Assembly: GCA_036503375.1 (NCBI GenBank)
Contig: DASXWZ010000076.1
Coordinates: 1-27,219, forward strand
Reading direction: 5' to 3'
DNA from: Rhodanobacteraceae bacterium
GTDB taxonomy: Bacteria; Pseudomonadota; Gammaproteobacteria; Xanthomonadales; Rhodanobacteraceae
Length of the DNA stretch: 27,219 bases
Shown here piece by piece: positions 8,894 through 18,003 of the stretch (position 1 is its first letter; each line of letters opens with the position of its first letter). The notes under the pieces are model-generated. The model saw only the letters and a program-made list of their open reading frames with translations, searched no databases and was not told where the DNA came from. Made by a program: the position numbers and the translations under genes.

Positions 8894-9331
8894 ATGATCT
8901 CCCTGATCCAGCGCGTCACCGAAGCGCGTGTCGAAGTCGACGGCGCAACCGTCGGCGCGATCGGCGCGGGATTGATGGCGCTGGTTGCGGTGGAGCCGGG
9001 CGACGGTGAAACGCAGGCGTCGCGCATGTGCGAACGCTTGCTGGGCTATCGCATCTTTTCCGACGATGCCGGACGGATGAACCGGTCGGTATCGGACATT
9101 GGCGGCGGCCTGCTGCTCGTTCCGCAGTTCACGCTGGTCGCGGATACCGCCAAAGGCATGCGGCCGAGCTTCACCTCCGCGGCCCCGCCGGAACATGGGA
9201 GAAAGTGGTTCGATCGCCTGGTGGAATTGATCCGCGCCACGCACGGAACGGTTGAAACCGGGCGCTTCGGCGCATACATGAAGGTGCATCTGGTCAACGA
9301 CGGCCCCGTTACGTTCTGGCTGCGGGCCTGA
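8894..9331 (+). CDS. dtd: D-aminoacyl-tRNA deacylase
   Basis: [38 protein letters not shown]; 145 aa from ATG 8894. Confidence 0.96.
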   Translation: MISLIQRVTEARVEVDGATVGAIGAGLMALVAVEPGDGETQASRMCERLLGYRIFSDDAGRMNRSVSDIGGGLLLVPQFTLVADTAKGMRPSFTSAAPPEHGRKWFDRLVELIRATHGTVETGRFGAYMKVHLVNDGPVTFWLRA

Positions 9332-9410
9332 GGCCGGTCCTCCGAAGCGTTTTGCGCGTTTCTTGCATGGATTTTCCGCCCTGCGGTGCGCTCCGCGGCG
9401 GCGATTTTCG

Positions 9411-9439
9411 CTTGAAATAGGGTCAAAAAATCGCCACAT
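9411..9439 (+). promoter_or_regulatory. Candidate sigma32 (RpoH) promoter upstream of rpoD
   Basis: CTTGAA (9411-9416)-N15-CGCCAC(AT), compared with the consensus CTTGAA-N13-15-CCCCAT. Confidence 0.5.
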
Positions 9440-9572
9440 GAGGTCTACTGGCATTCCCCCGAGCGGGCCGCGCCGTCGGCCCTGCGTCTGCAGGGCAAGG
9501 AAGAACGAGGAAGGTGTATGTCGATCAACGACGAGTGATGACGCAGCCATGCGGGCGCAGGGCCACGGCCCT

Positions 9573-9679
9573 CCGGGTTGCTCCGCAGCGGCCGCCATAC
9601 TGCGTTGCGCGCCTTGGCCATAGTTGGCTATGGCGCTTCGGCGCACGCCTTGTCTGGCAGCCGCTGCGAAGCAACGCGG
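9573..9679. repeat. 107-bp nested palindromic element (MITE/REP-like) in the dtd-rpoD intergenic region
   Basis: 25-bp terminal inverted repeats 9573-9597 and 9655-9679 (22/25 match), with a central perfect hairpin GCCATAG-TTGG-CTATGGC (9617-9634) on the same symmetry axis. Confidence 0.8.
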
Positions 9680-9705
9680 CCCACTGGGGGGAATTTCAAT
9701 AGACC

Positions 9706-9714
9706 TGTTATACT
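9706..9714 (+). promoter_or_regulatory. Extended -10 sigma70 promoter for rpoD (TGnTATACT)
   Basis: TG-T-TATACT ends 28 nt before the rpoD ATG; no recognisable -35. Confidence 0.6.
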
Positions 9715-9742
9715 GTCCGGTTCCTGTGTTTCGCGGTGCCCC

Positions 9743-11599
<1,857 letters not shown>

Positions 11600-11611
11600 T
11601 CAGCTTTGACT

Positions 11612-11646
11612 CCCTCCCCTTCAAGGGGAGGGGTGGGTGGGGATGG
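11612..11646 (+). repeat. REP-like GC hairpin (CCCTCCCCT-TCA-AGGGGAGGG) with G-rich tail
   Basis: 9-bp perfect stem 11612-11632 followed by GTGGGTGGGGATGG, 12 nt after the rpoD stop. There is no U-tract, so it is not a classic intrinsic terminator. Confidence 0.65.
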
Positions 11647-11701
11647 TTGCAAAGCCCGCGATGGACGCGGCTCCAGCCCTCATGGATCCGGCAGAGCACC
11701 C

Positions 11702-12520
11702 ATGAACCGCATCGCAGTTTTCGTTGACGCCGGTTACCTCTTCGCTTCCTCCAGCGAATTGCTGTTCGGCGAACGCCTGCGCCGCGGCGAGCTGCGGCTG
11801 GCCAACGCCGAATTCACCGCGCACCTGAAACAACTCGCCGAATCGATCGGCGGCTGCCCGCTGCTGCGCATCTACTGGTACGACGGCACCAACGCCGGCC
11901 CGAGCCCTGCGCACCTTGCGATCGCGTACCTGGAGAACGTCAAGCTGCGCCTGGGTTTCGTCAACCAGTCCGGCGAGCAGAAGGGCGTGGACGCGCTGAT
12001 CTTTTCGGACCTCACCAATCTCGCGCGCAATGACGCGATCTCGGATGCATTGATGGTCTCGGGCGACGAGGACTTGCGCGTGGGCGTGCAGCAGGCGCAG
12101 GAACACGGCATCCGCGTCCACCTGCTGGGCGTGGAGGCGGCCGACATCGGCGAGATGCGCGGCAACCAGTCGGCGGCGTTGCAGCGCGAAGTCGATACGC
12201 GCCACCTGCTCGATGCGGCGACCCTGCGCCGATTCCTGCGCCGGCGCGAATTCTCCGAGTGGGCGCCGCCCAGCGGCGAGAACAGCGAGGTGCAGCAGAA
12301 CCTCGCGCGCATGCAGGAACTCGCCGCTGAATACGCCGACACCCTCGATGCCGACCAGCGCGAGCAGATCCGGCAGTTGCCCGAACGCACGCCACTGCCG
12401 CACGAACTGGATCGCGAACTGCTCTCGCGCGCGTCCGAACTGCTCGGCCGCAAGCTCGAGGAAACCGAGAAGCGCACCCTGCGTGCGGCGCTGCGCACGG
12501 CAGTGTGCGAGCCGGCTTGA
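11702..12520 (+). CDS. NYN-domain (LabA/DUF88, PIN-like) nuclease with C-terminal helical extension
   Basis: AVFVDAGY, RIYWYDG, QKGVD..I..DL and SGDEDL...V..AQEHG..VHLLG motifs; acidic active-site residues present. Start at ATG 11702. Confidence 0.9.
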   Translation: MNRIAVFVDAGYLFASSSELLFGERLRRGELRLANAEFTAHLKQLAESIGGCPLLRIYWYDGTNAGPSPAHLAIAYLENVKLRLGFVNQSGEQKGVDALIFSDLTNLARNDAISDALMVSGDEDLRVGVQQAQEHGIRVHLLGVEAADIGEMRGNQSAALQREVDTRHLLDAATLRRFLRRREFSEWAPPSGENSEVQQNLARMQELAAEYADTLDADQREQIRQLPERTPLPHELDRELLSRASELLGRKLEETEKRTLRAALRTAVCEPA

Positions 12521-12526
12521 TCGAAT

Positions 12527-13189
12527 TTACATCGCTTTCCGAAACGTCAGGTTGGTGCGGCACGCGCCCAATAGCGGGTGCGTGCCGTCCTTCAGCGGCA
12601 GCACGCCGTGATAACGCAGGCGCGAGGCTCCGCCCCAGACGACGATATCGCCGTGAGCCAGCGGGATGCGCAGTGGGTGATCGCTGCGGGCGAAGCCGCC
12701 GAACAGGAACGATGCCGGCAAACCGAGCGACACCGACACGATCGGCTGCGAGAAATCCTTCTCGTCGCGGTCCTGGTGCAGCGACAATTTGGCGCCGGGT
12801 TCATAGCGATTGATCAGGCAGGCATCGGGTACGAAATCCGCGAAGCCGGCGGATGCGGCGGCTTCGCGCGCGAGTTGCGCGAAGATGTGGGGCATCGGCG
12901 GCCATGCCGTGCCGGTTTCCGGATCATCCGGCGAATAGCGATAACCGCGCCGATCGCTGATCCAGCCGAAGCTCCCGCAGTTGCTCATCGCTACCGACAT
13001 GCGCAAACCGCCGGGCGTGCTCATGTGCCGCAAGGGCGCGACGCGGATCACGCCATCCAGCGCGCTCAGGATGGCGCGCTCATGCGACAGCGCGAACCCC
13101 CGCAACAGCACTGCGCCTTCGTGCAATGCCTCCCGCCTCGGCTGCGTAGCACTTGCGGGTTCGAAAAGTTCGGCGGTGTGCGCTTTCAT
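12527..13189 (-). CDS. alkB: DNA oxidative demethylase AlkB
   Basis: TPGGLRMSVAMSNCG..GW.SDRRGYRY, PDACLINRYEPGAKLSLHQD (HxD), VSVSLG, YHGV and RTNLTFR. Start at ATG 13189. Confidence 0.96.
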   Translation of the reverse strand: MKAHTAELFEPASATQPRREALHEGAVLLRGFALSHERAILSALDGVIRVAPLRHMSTPGGLRMSVAMSNCGSFGWISDRRGYRYSPDDPETGTAWPPMPHIFAQLAREAAASAGFADFVPDACLINRYEPGAKLSLHQDRDEKDFSQPIVSVSLGLPASFLFGGFARSDHPLRIPLAHGDIVVWGGASRLRYHGVLPLKDGTHPLLGACRTNLTFRKAM

Positions 13190-13902
13190 GCCGCGTCGTG
13201 AAAGATGATTCCGAGGGTGTGGCGGTTTCCGCTGCGCACGCGGCTGACACCGTGGCGCAGGTTGACGCGGTACACGCCGTGCGTGCCGCGTACGGGCCTG
13301 TGATGCACCGCGAAAACCACCGCGTCGCCCTGCTGCAACGGCACCACTTCCGCGCGCGACTGCATGCGCGGCCGCTGTTCGGTCAGGACGAACTCGCCGC
13401 CTTCGAAATCCTTTGCCGGTCGCGACAGCAGCACCGTGAGCTGCGAGGGAAAGACCTGCTCGCCGTACAGATCCTGATGCAGGCAATTGTAATCGCCTTC
13501 GCCATAGCTCAGCAGCAGCGGAGTCGGTCTGCGCTGGCCGGCAGCGTGGCAACGTTCGAGGTACTCCGCGTGCGTGGCTGGATAGTGCGACTCGAGCCGC
13601 AGCGCTTCGCTCCAGCGGTTCGCGATCGATGCCAGCGGCGGATACAGCGCGCTGCGCAGGCTCGCCACCTCGCGCGGCAGCGGGTAATCGAAATATTTGT
13701 ATTCGCCTCGACCGAATCCGTGCCGTGCCATTACCACCCTGTTGCGAAAGCGGTCGTCCCGCGCGTACAGGGCGACCAGCTTCCGGCAGTCATCCGGCGC
13801 CAGCAGTTTTTCCATCACCGCGGCGCCGTGCGCGTCCAGATCGGCCCCGATACGCGGCCAATCCAGTTTCGACGCGAGCCGCTTTGCCGGCACGGAATTC
13901 AT
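13186..13902 (-). CDS. 2OG-Fe(II) oxygenase, Oxygenase-NA/DUF2086 family
   Basis: MARHGFGRGEYKYFDYPLP, YNCLHQDLYGE (HxD), GGEFVLTEQRPRMQSR, RHGVSRV and RHTLGIIFHDA. ATGA overlaps on both sides. Confidence 0.88.
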   Translation of the reverse strand: MNSVPAKRLASKLDWPRIGADLDAHGAAVMEKLLAPDDCRKLVALYARDDRFRNRVVMARHGFGRGEYKYFDYPLPREVASLRSALYPPLASIANRWSEALRLESHYPATHAEYLERCHAAGQRRPTPLLLSYGEGDYNCLHQDLYGEQVFPSQLTVLLSRPAKDFEGGEFVLTEQRPRMQSRAEVVPLQQGDAVVFAVHHRPVRGTHGVYRVNLRHGVSRVRSGNRHTLGIIFHDAA

Positions 13903-14684
13903 GTCGCGTAGCCTTCGCGCTGCAGCAGCGCGCGCTTGCGCTGGACGCCCCACCGATAACCCGATAGCGCTCCGTCGCTGCGTACCACGCGGTGACACGG
14001 GATCGCCACCGCAACCGGGTTCGCACCGCAGGCCTGCGCCACCGCACGTGCTGATCCGGGCGCACCGATGCGCGCAGCGATTTCCGCATAGCTTGCAACG
14101 GAACCCGCACGGATCCCACGCAACGCGTCCCAGACCCGGCACTGGAACCGGGTGCCGCGGGCGCGCAGCGGCAGGGTGAACTCCGTGGTGACCGGCGATT
14201 CGACCAGGGCGACCACTTGCGCCACCGCGCCGGCGAGCCCATCCGCATCTTCGCGCAATGCGGCGGCGGGAAATCGCCCGCGCAGTTCGCGGCGCAGCCC
14301 GGGTGCCTCATCATCCAGCAGGATCGCGCAGATGCCGCCCTCGCTCTGTCCGACGAGCACCTGGCCCAGCGAACAACTTGCGATCGCATAGCGAACGGAT
14401 TCGCCCGCGGTTGCGATCCGGTTCGCTGCTCCGCCCGCGAGCCCATCCGGCTTGCAGCGTTTGCACGGACGAAACCCGGCGCGGCGCGCGTCCGCGGCGG
14501 TCAGGTGAAACGAGACGTGCTGGGGCTTCGCGCCGCGCGAAGCACAGGACGGCCGGCAGTACACGCCGCTGGTACTGACCGAATAGAAAAATTCACCATC
14601 GGCCGAAGCATCGCGCACCAGCACGCGTTGCCAGCGTGGATCGTCGATTGTCGCGGAAGCCGCGATTGCACGGTTTGCGTTCAT
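13899..14684 (-). CDS. ada: Ada-type alkyltransferase: Zn-binding N-domain fused directly to the O6-methylguanine methyltransferase domain (no AraC HTH)
   Basis: VYCRPSC and RPCKRC Zn ligands, then within about 20 aa YAIASCSLG, and later GTRFQ.RVW.AL, SYAEIA.RIG and NPVAVAIPCHRVV. Only 261 aa. Confidence 0.92.
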   Translation of the reverse strand: MNANRAIAASATIDDPRWQRVLVRDASADGEFFYSVSTSGVYCRPSCASRGAKPQHVSFHLTAADARRAGFRPCKRCKPDGLAGGAANRIATAGESVRYAIASCSLGQVLVGQSEGGICAILLDDEAPGLRRELRGRFPAAALREDADGLAGAVAQVVALVESPVTTEFTLPLRARGTRFQCRVWDALRGIRAGSVASYAEIAARIGAPGSARAVAQACGANPVAVAIPCHRVVRSDGALSGYRWGVQRKRALLQREGYAT

Positions 14685-14713
14685 TGCATTCCTCCAAACG
14701 AGATGGTGAATGC

Positions 14714-14757
14714 AATTTAGGACGATGCAGTCGCGGCCACACTCCGATTCTTGCGCT
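14714..14757 (-). promoter_or_regulatory. Candidate Ada-responsive promoter (AGCGCAAGAATCGGAGT box plus TAAATT -10)
   Basis: Minus strand AGCGCAAGA (14757-14749) matches the core of the E. coli ada operator (AAAGCGCAAGA) as I recall it. TAAATT at 14719-14714; RBS GGAGG before ATG 14684. Confidence 0.45.
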
Positions 14758-14766
14758 GCCGCGTTC

Positions 14767-15135
14767 CTACATGTCGTAGAAGAATTGCTCGCGGTCTATC
14801 TTGCCGTCGCGCACGTGGTAGAGGCAGATTTCGCGCATGGTCACGCGGCCACGGCCCTTCATCGTCGCATCCATCACGGCGGCGACGCTGAACCAGTTGC
14901 CGGCGATCACCGGATCGCTCACTTCATTGCTGTGTACCGCTTCCACCATCTCGCCGAAGGCGCGGCCTTTCTGCTTGATCGCCTCCAGCCCCTTTGCATT
15001 GCCCATCGGTCCATCGGACATGCCTTCCATTTCGATGTTGATCGCGTCCTGCGCGTACAACTCTTCATGCGCCTGGGTGTAATTGGCCTGCCGGCACAAC
15101 TCGACCAGGCGCTTTGCAATTTGTTCGGTGTTCAT
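14767..15135 (-). CDS. SnoaL-like / NTF2-fold small protein (122 aa)
   Basis: IAKRLVELCRQ.....A..ELYA.DA..IE...VSDPVIAGNWFSV...MD...EICLYHVRDGKI..EQFFY pattern; RBS GAGAGG before ATG 15135. Confidence 0.8.
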   Translation of the reverse strand: MNTEQIAKRLVELCRQANYTQAHEELYAQDAINIEMEGMSDGPMGNAKGLEAIKQKGRAFGEMVEAVHSNEVSDPVIAGNWFSVAAVMDATMKGRGRVTMREICLYHVRDGKIDREQFFYDM

Positions 15136-15174
15136 CTGCAGTCCTCTCTGTCGGTGGATACATCGCCCCAAAAA

Positions 15175-15759
15175 TTATTCGACCCGTTTCAAAACCTGGC
15201 TCCAGTTGACTTCCCAGGTCTTGCCGCCATCACCCGAATACGCCTGTTCCCAATGCGCGGAGTTCGTCGTGATATGCGACCAGACGAACCGCACCTTGAT
15301 GGGCTTCCCGTGCAGGGTGTCGTCGGCGTAGAAGGTGCCGACGCCGTGGACGAAGCGGCCCTTGACCGGTGGATCGAGCGCGCCGTGCGGATTGCGTCCG
15401 TCTATCCACCAGATCGCCCAGAGTGCCGTCTTTGGATCGTACGCGGGGGGCGCCACGCCGCGATAGATGCCTTCAGGCGTGTCGAATTCGGTGTCGTCGA
15501 CGTTGGCTCGGCCGTCCATCAGTTTGAAACTCCGGATCGCGCCGTCGAATTCCTCCCAGTCGTGGCTGCCCGAAAGGCGCTGCTTCAGCCTGCGGCTGTG
15601 CACTTTCCATTTCCCGACCAGAAAATCGAAGTCGTGCAGGCCCGACAGATTTTCTGTCGCGGCAGATCGCGGCGTGTCTTGCGAAGCGCGAAGGGGAAAG
15701 CCCGCGCAAAGGACTACGATGGACAGTCCGGCGGCGAACACGTGGGATATACGCTGCAT
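15175..15759 (-). CDS. Exported DUF1579-like protein
   Basis: Signal-peptide-like N-terminus, HDFDFLVGKW.VH.RRL, WAIWWIDG..P...LDPPV.G.F, and WEQAYS.DGGKTWE.NW. RBS GAGGA before ATG 15759. Confidence 0.75.
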   Translation of the reverse strand: MQRISHVFAAGLSIVVLCAGFPLRASQDTPRSAATENLSGLHDFDFLVGKWKVHSRRLKQRLSGSHDWEEFDGAIRSFKLMDGRANVDDTEFDTPEGIYRGVAPPAYDPKTALWAIWWIDGRNPHGALDPPVKGRFVHGVGTFYADDTLHGKPIKVRFVWSHITTNSAHWEQAYSGDGGKTWEVNWSQVLKRVE

Positions 15760-15868
15760 GTGGAATTCCTCGTCCGAGTGGACTTCCGACGAGCGCATTT
15801 TCCACGATCTCTGCTGACAGCGTGCTGGCAGCAGCGCCGCGGCCGGATGGCTTATGATTTGCGGCTGC

Positions 15869-15942
15869 GGGCCTATAGCTCAATTGGTCAGAGCAGGGGA
15901 CTCATAATCCCTTGGTTCCAGGTTCGAGTCCTGGTGGGCCCA
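15869..15942 (+). tRNA. ileX: tRNA with CAT anticodon, most likely tRNA-Ile2 (lysidine-modified); CCA not encoded
   Basis: Acceptor stem GGGCCTA/TGGGCCC, D-arm TAGCTCAATTGGTCAGAGC, anticodon arm GGGGA-CTCATAA-TCCCT, T-arm GGTTCGAGTCC, discriminator A15942. The GGGCCTATAGCTCA...ACTCATAATC body resembles Ile2 rather than Met tRNAs. A -10 TATGAT lies at 15853-15858. Confidence 0.93.
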
Positions 15943-16069
15943 CAAACGAGCGAAAGGCGGCGGCCGCACGCGGCTCGGTGCGCTCTGCATACGCGAATGA
16001 CCCGGACCGCCTCTGAATGACGGAGTCTGTCGGCGGCGCCGGGTCTTGAACGGCGGTTTTGTTGCCGGC

Positions 16070-16534
16070 TCAGGCGGCGGCGGTTTCCAGCAACTCCTGC
16101 TTGCGCGCTTCCAGTTGTTCGCCGAGGCTCTTCAGGTCTTCATCCGAGAAGATCTTCTTCGCACGCGGGAACATTTCCTCTTCCTCTTCATCGGCGTGGT
16201 GATCGACGAGTTCCTTCAGCACTTTGGCGCGACCGCTGAATTTTTCCGAATTGATGTCCGTGCCGAGCAGATCGGGCAATACCAGTTCGCCGGCGGCGCG
16301 ATGTTCCTCGAGCGCCTCGAAATAGAGCTTGTCGTTGTCGGCATCGTTGCACGCCTGTTTGTACGCCGGGTAGAAGATTTCCTCTTCGATTTGCGTATGC
16401 ACCTTCAGTTCGATCGCGATCTTCTCCAGCAGCTCCGTGCGGGTCTTGCTCGCGCGCGCAGTCGTATCGTTCAATTCCTTGAGAAGCTTGCGGACTTTCT
16501 TGTGATCTTCGGTCAGCAAAGAGATCGCATCCAT
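16070..16534 (-). CDS. Hemerythrin-like (HHE cation-binding) protein, 154 aa
   Basis: MDAISLLTEDHKKV, HTQIEEEIFYP, EEH, HHADEEEEEMFP; RBS GAGGGAG before ATG 16534. Confidence 0.9.
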   Translation of the reverse strand: MDAISLLTEDHKKVRKLLKELNDTTARASKTRTELLEKIAIELKVHTQIEEEIFYPAYKQACNDADNDKLYFEALEEHRAAGELVLPDLLGTDINSEKFSGRAKVLKELVDHHADEEEEEMFPRAKKIFSDEDLKSLGEQLEARKQELLETAAA

Positions 16535-16620
16535 GTGTGTCGCTCCCTCGGTAGGTCTGCGCAAGGTAGCTGCAGGTGCGCGCAGGCTTCGTGAAACCGA
16601 TGTTCCGGAAACGCCACGGT

Positions 16621-17667
16621 TCAGCGCGCGTCGCCTTTCGGAAACCGCACGCGCTCCGGCGCCTCGTTGAGCCGCTCCAGCATCTTCACGATCAGCCGGC
16701 TCTTCACCCGCCCTGCCTGCTTGGGATCGACGAGATAGCGCACCGTGGCATCCAGCCAGGTATTGGCGTCGACGCGAAAATGCACGGATGGGCGCTCCTG
16801 CACCTCGACTTCGTCCACCGGCGTGCGCGCCAGCAGTTCCCGGTACTTTCGTATTTGCGCGCGCATGGCCTCCCCGACTTCCTCGTCGGCAGCCTGCTGC
16901 ATCGTTTCGCTGATGAATTCCAGATCGCTGTCGTAGGCGACCTGAAAGGTGATCTCGTTCCACACGTACGGAAACAGCGCCCACGAGGAGTTGATCACCG
17001 GCGTGGTCAGCACGCGCGAATTGGGGAACTTGATCAACCGCCCGCTGGGATGATGCTTGCTGTTGATCATCGGGCCGCCGATTTCCCACAGCGTGGTATC
17101 GAGATAGGCGACGTCGATGACATCGCCGCTGGAATCGCCGATGCTGATGCGGTCGCCCACCCAGTAGGGCCGCTTGGCGAGGATGTAGATCCAGCCGATG
17201 AAACTGCCGAGCGGCGTCTGCAGCGAGAAGCCGAGGACGATCGAGATCAATCCCAGCGAGGTGAGCGCCGCGTACCAGTTGGCGAACAGCACCGTCAGCG
17301 CGATCACCAGCACGAGGGTGGCGAGCACCAGTTTGCCGATGCGACGCACGTTGTAGCGCAGCGCCACGTCGGGAATCGCGCGCAGCCGGTTGTCGAGCAA
17401 TCGGTAGAATGCGAGCAGCAGCGCGACCCCACCGATCCCCAGCGCCACCCGCTCCAGGAAGGCGACGGCACGCGCGGGCGCCGCGGGGAAAACATGCAAG
17501 CGCAGTGCGGCGTACGCGCCGGCGGCCAGCGCGACGATCAGCAGGCAAATCCACCAGAACGCGATCGAAGTCCGCTGCGCCGGCGCGTCGACCGCATCGG
17601 CCTGCTCGCGCAAGCGGGTTTGCTGGTCATCCGTGCAGTCGCGCTTCCCTCGGGGCGGCGTCTGCAT
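16621..17667 (-). CDS. MscS-family small-conductance mechanosensitive channel
   Basis: TM segments, then LGFSLQTPLGSFIGWIYI...PYWVGDRISIG...GDVIDV and G.LIKFPNS.VL...VIN.S. Start ATG 17667 is a best guess. Confidence 0.88.
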   Translation of the reverse strand: MQTPPRGKRDCTDDQQTRLREQADAVDAPAQRTSIAFWWICLLIVALAAGAYAALRLHVFPAAPARAVAFLERVALGIGGVALLLAFYRLLDNRLRAIPDVALRYNVRRIGKLVLATLVLVIALTVLFANWYAALTSLGLISIVLGFSLQTPLGSFIGWIYILAKRPYWVGDRISIGDSSGDVIDVAYLDTTLWEIGGPMINSKHHPSGRLIKFPNSRVLTTPVINSSWALFPYVWNEITFQVAYDSDLEFISETMQQAADEEVGEAMRAQIRKYRELLARTPVDEVEVQERPSVHFRVDANTWLDATVRYLVDPKQAGRVKSRLIVKMLERLNEAPERVRFPKGDAR

Positions 17668-17678
17668 CGATCGGACCG

Positions 17679-17864
17679 CTAGTGCCGGTGCGACTGGAGC
17701 TCGCGCTCCACGTCCTTTGCCATTACGCCGACCTTGTCCACGGCCTCGCGCAATTCGTCCGGTGTGACGTGGAACTTCGCGCTCCAGTCGCGCAGCTCGT
17801 GTTCCTGGTTCACGTTGATGCGGATGCGGTCCGCCTGGCCCGTCTTGCTCCTGTCGTCGCTCAT
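17679..17864 (-). CDS. DUF3606-family small protein
   Basis: MSDD.SK.G.ADR.RINVNQEHEL.DW..KF.VT.DELR.AV.KVG.MAKDVE.EL is the typical family pattern; RBS AAGGAAG. Confidence 0.88.
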   Translation of the reverse strand: MSDDRSKTGQADRIRINVNQEHELRDWSAKFHVTPDELREAVDKVGVMAKDVERELQSHRH

Positions 17865-18003
17865 GTCCGCTTCCTTGTGGTACCCGGGCCTTCAATGCCA
17901 AGCCTCGCGTGAAGGGCGGGTCAACTTTCGCCGCGATGGCTTCACGTCCGCCTCACCGACGGATGTTTATTGCTTGCATGGGTTCTTTGCACTGGGTGCC
18001 TCC

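Noticed and set aside
15920-15945. tRNA 3' end as attL of an integrative element
   Set aside because: I found no second copy of the tRNA 3' sequence and no integrase or transposase in the window; it cannot be excluded beyond the edge.
15999-16045. Imperfect hairpin between the tRNA and the hemerythrin-like gene
   Set aside because: The stem is irregular with a long loop and no adjacent U-tract; at most an ordinary weak terminator.
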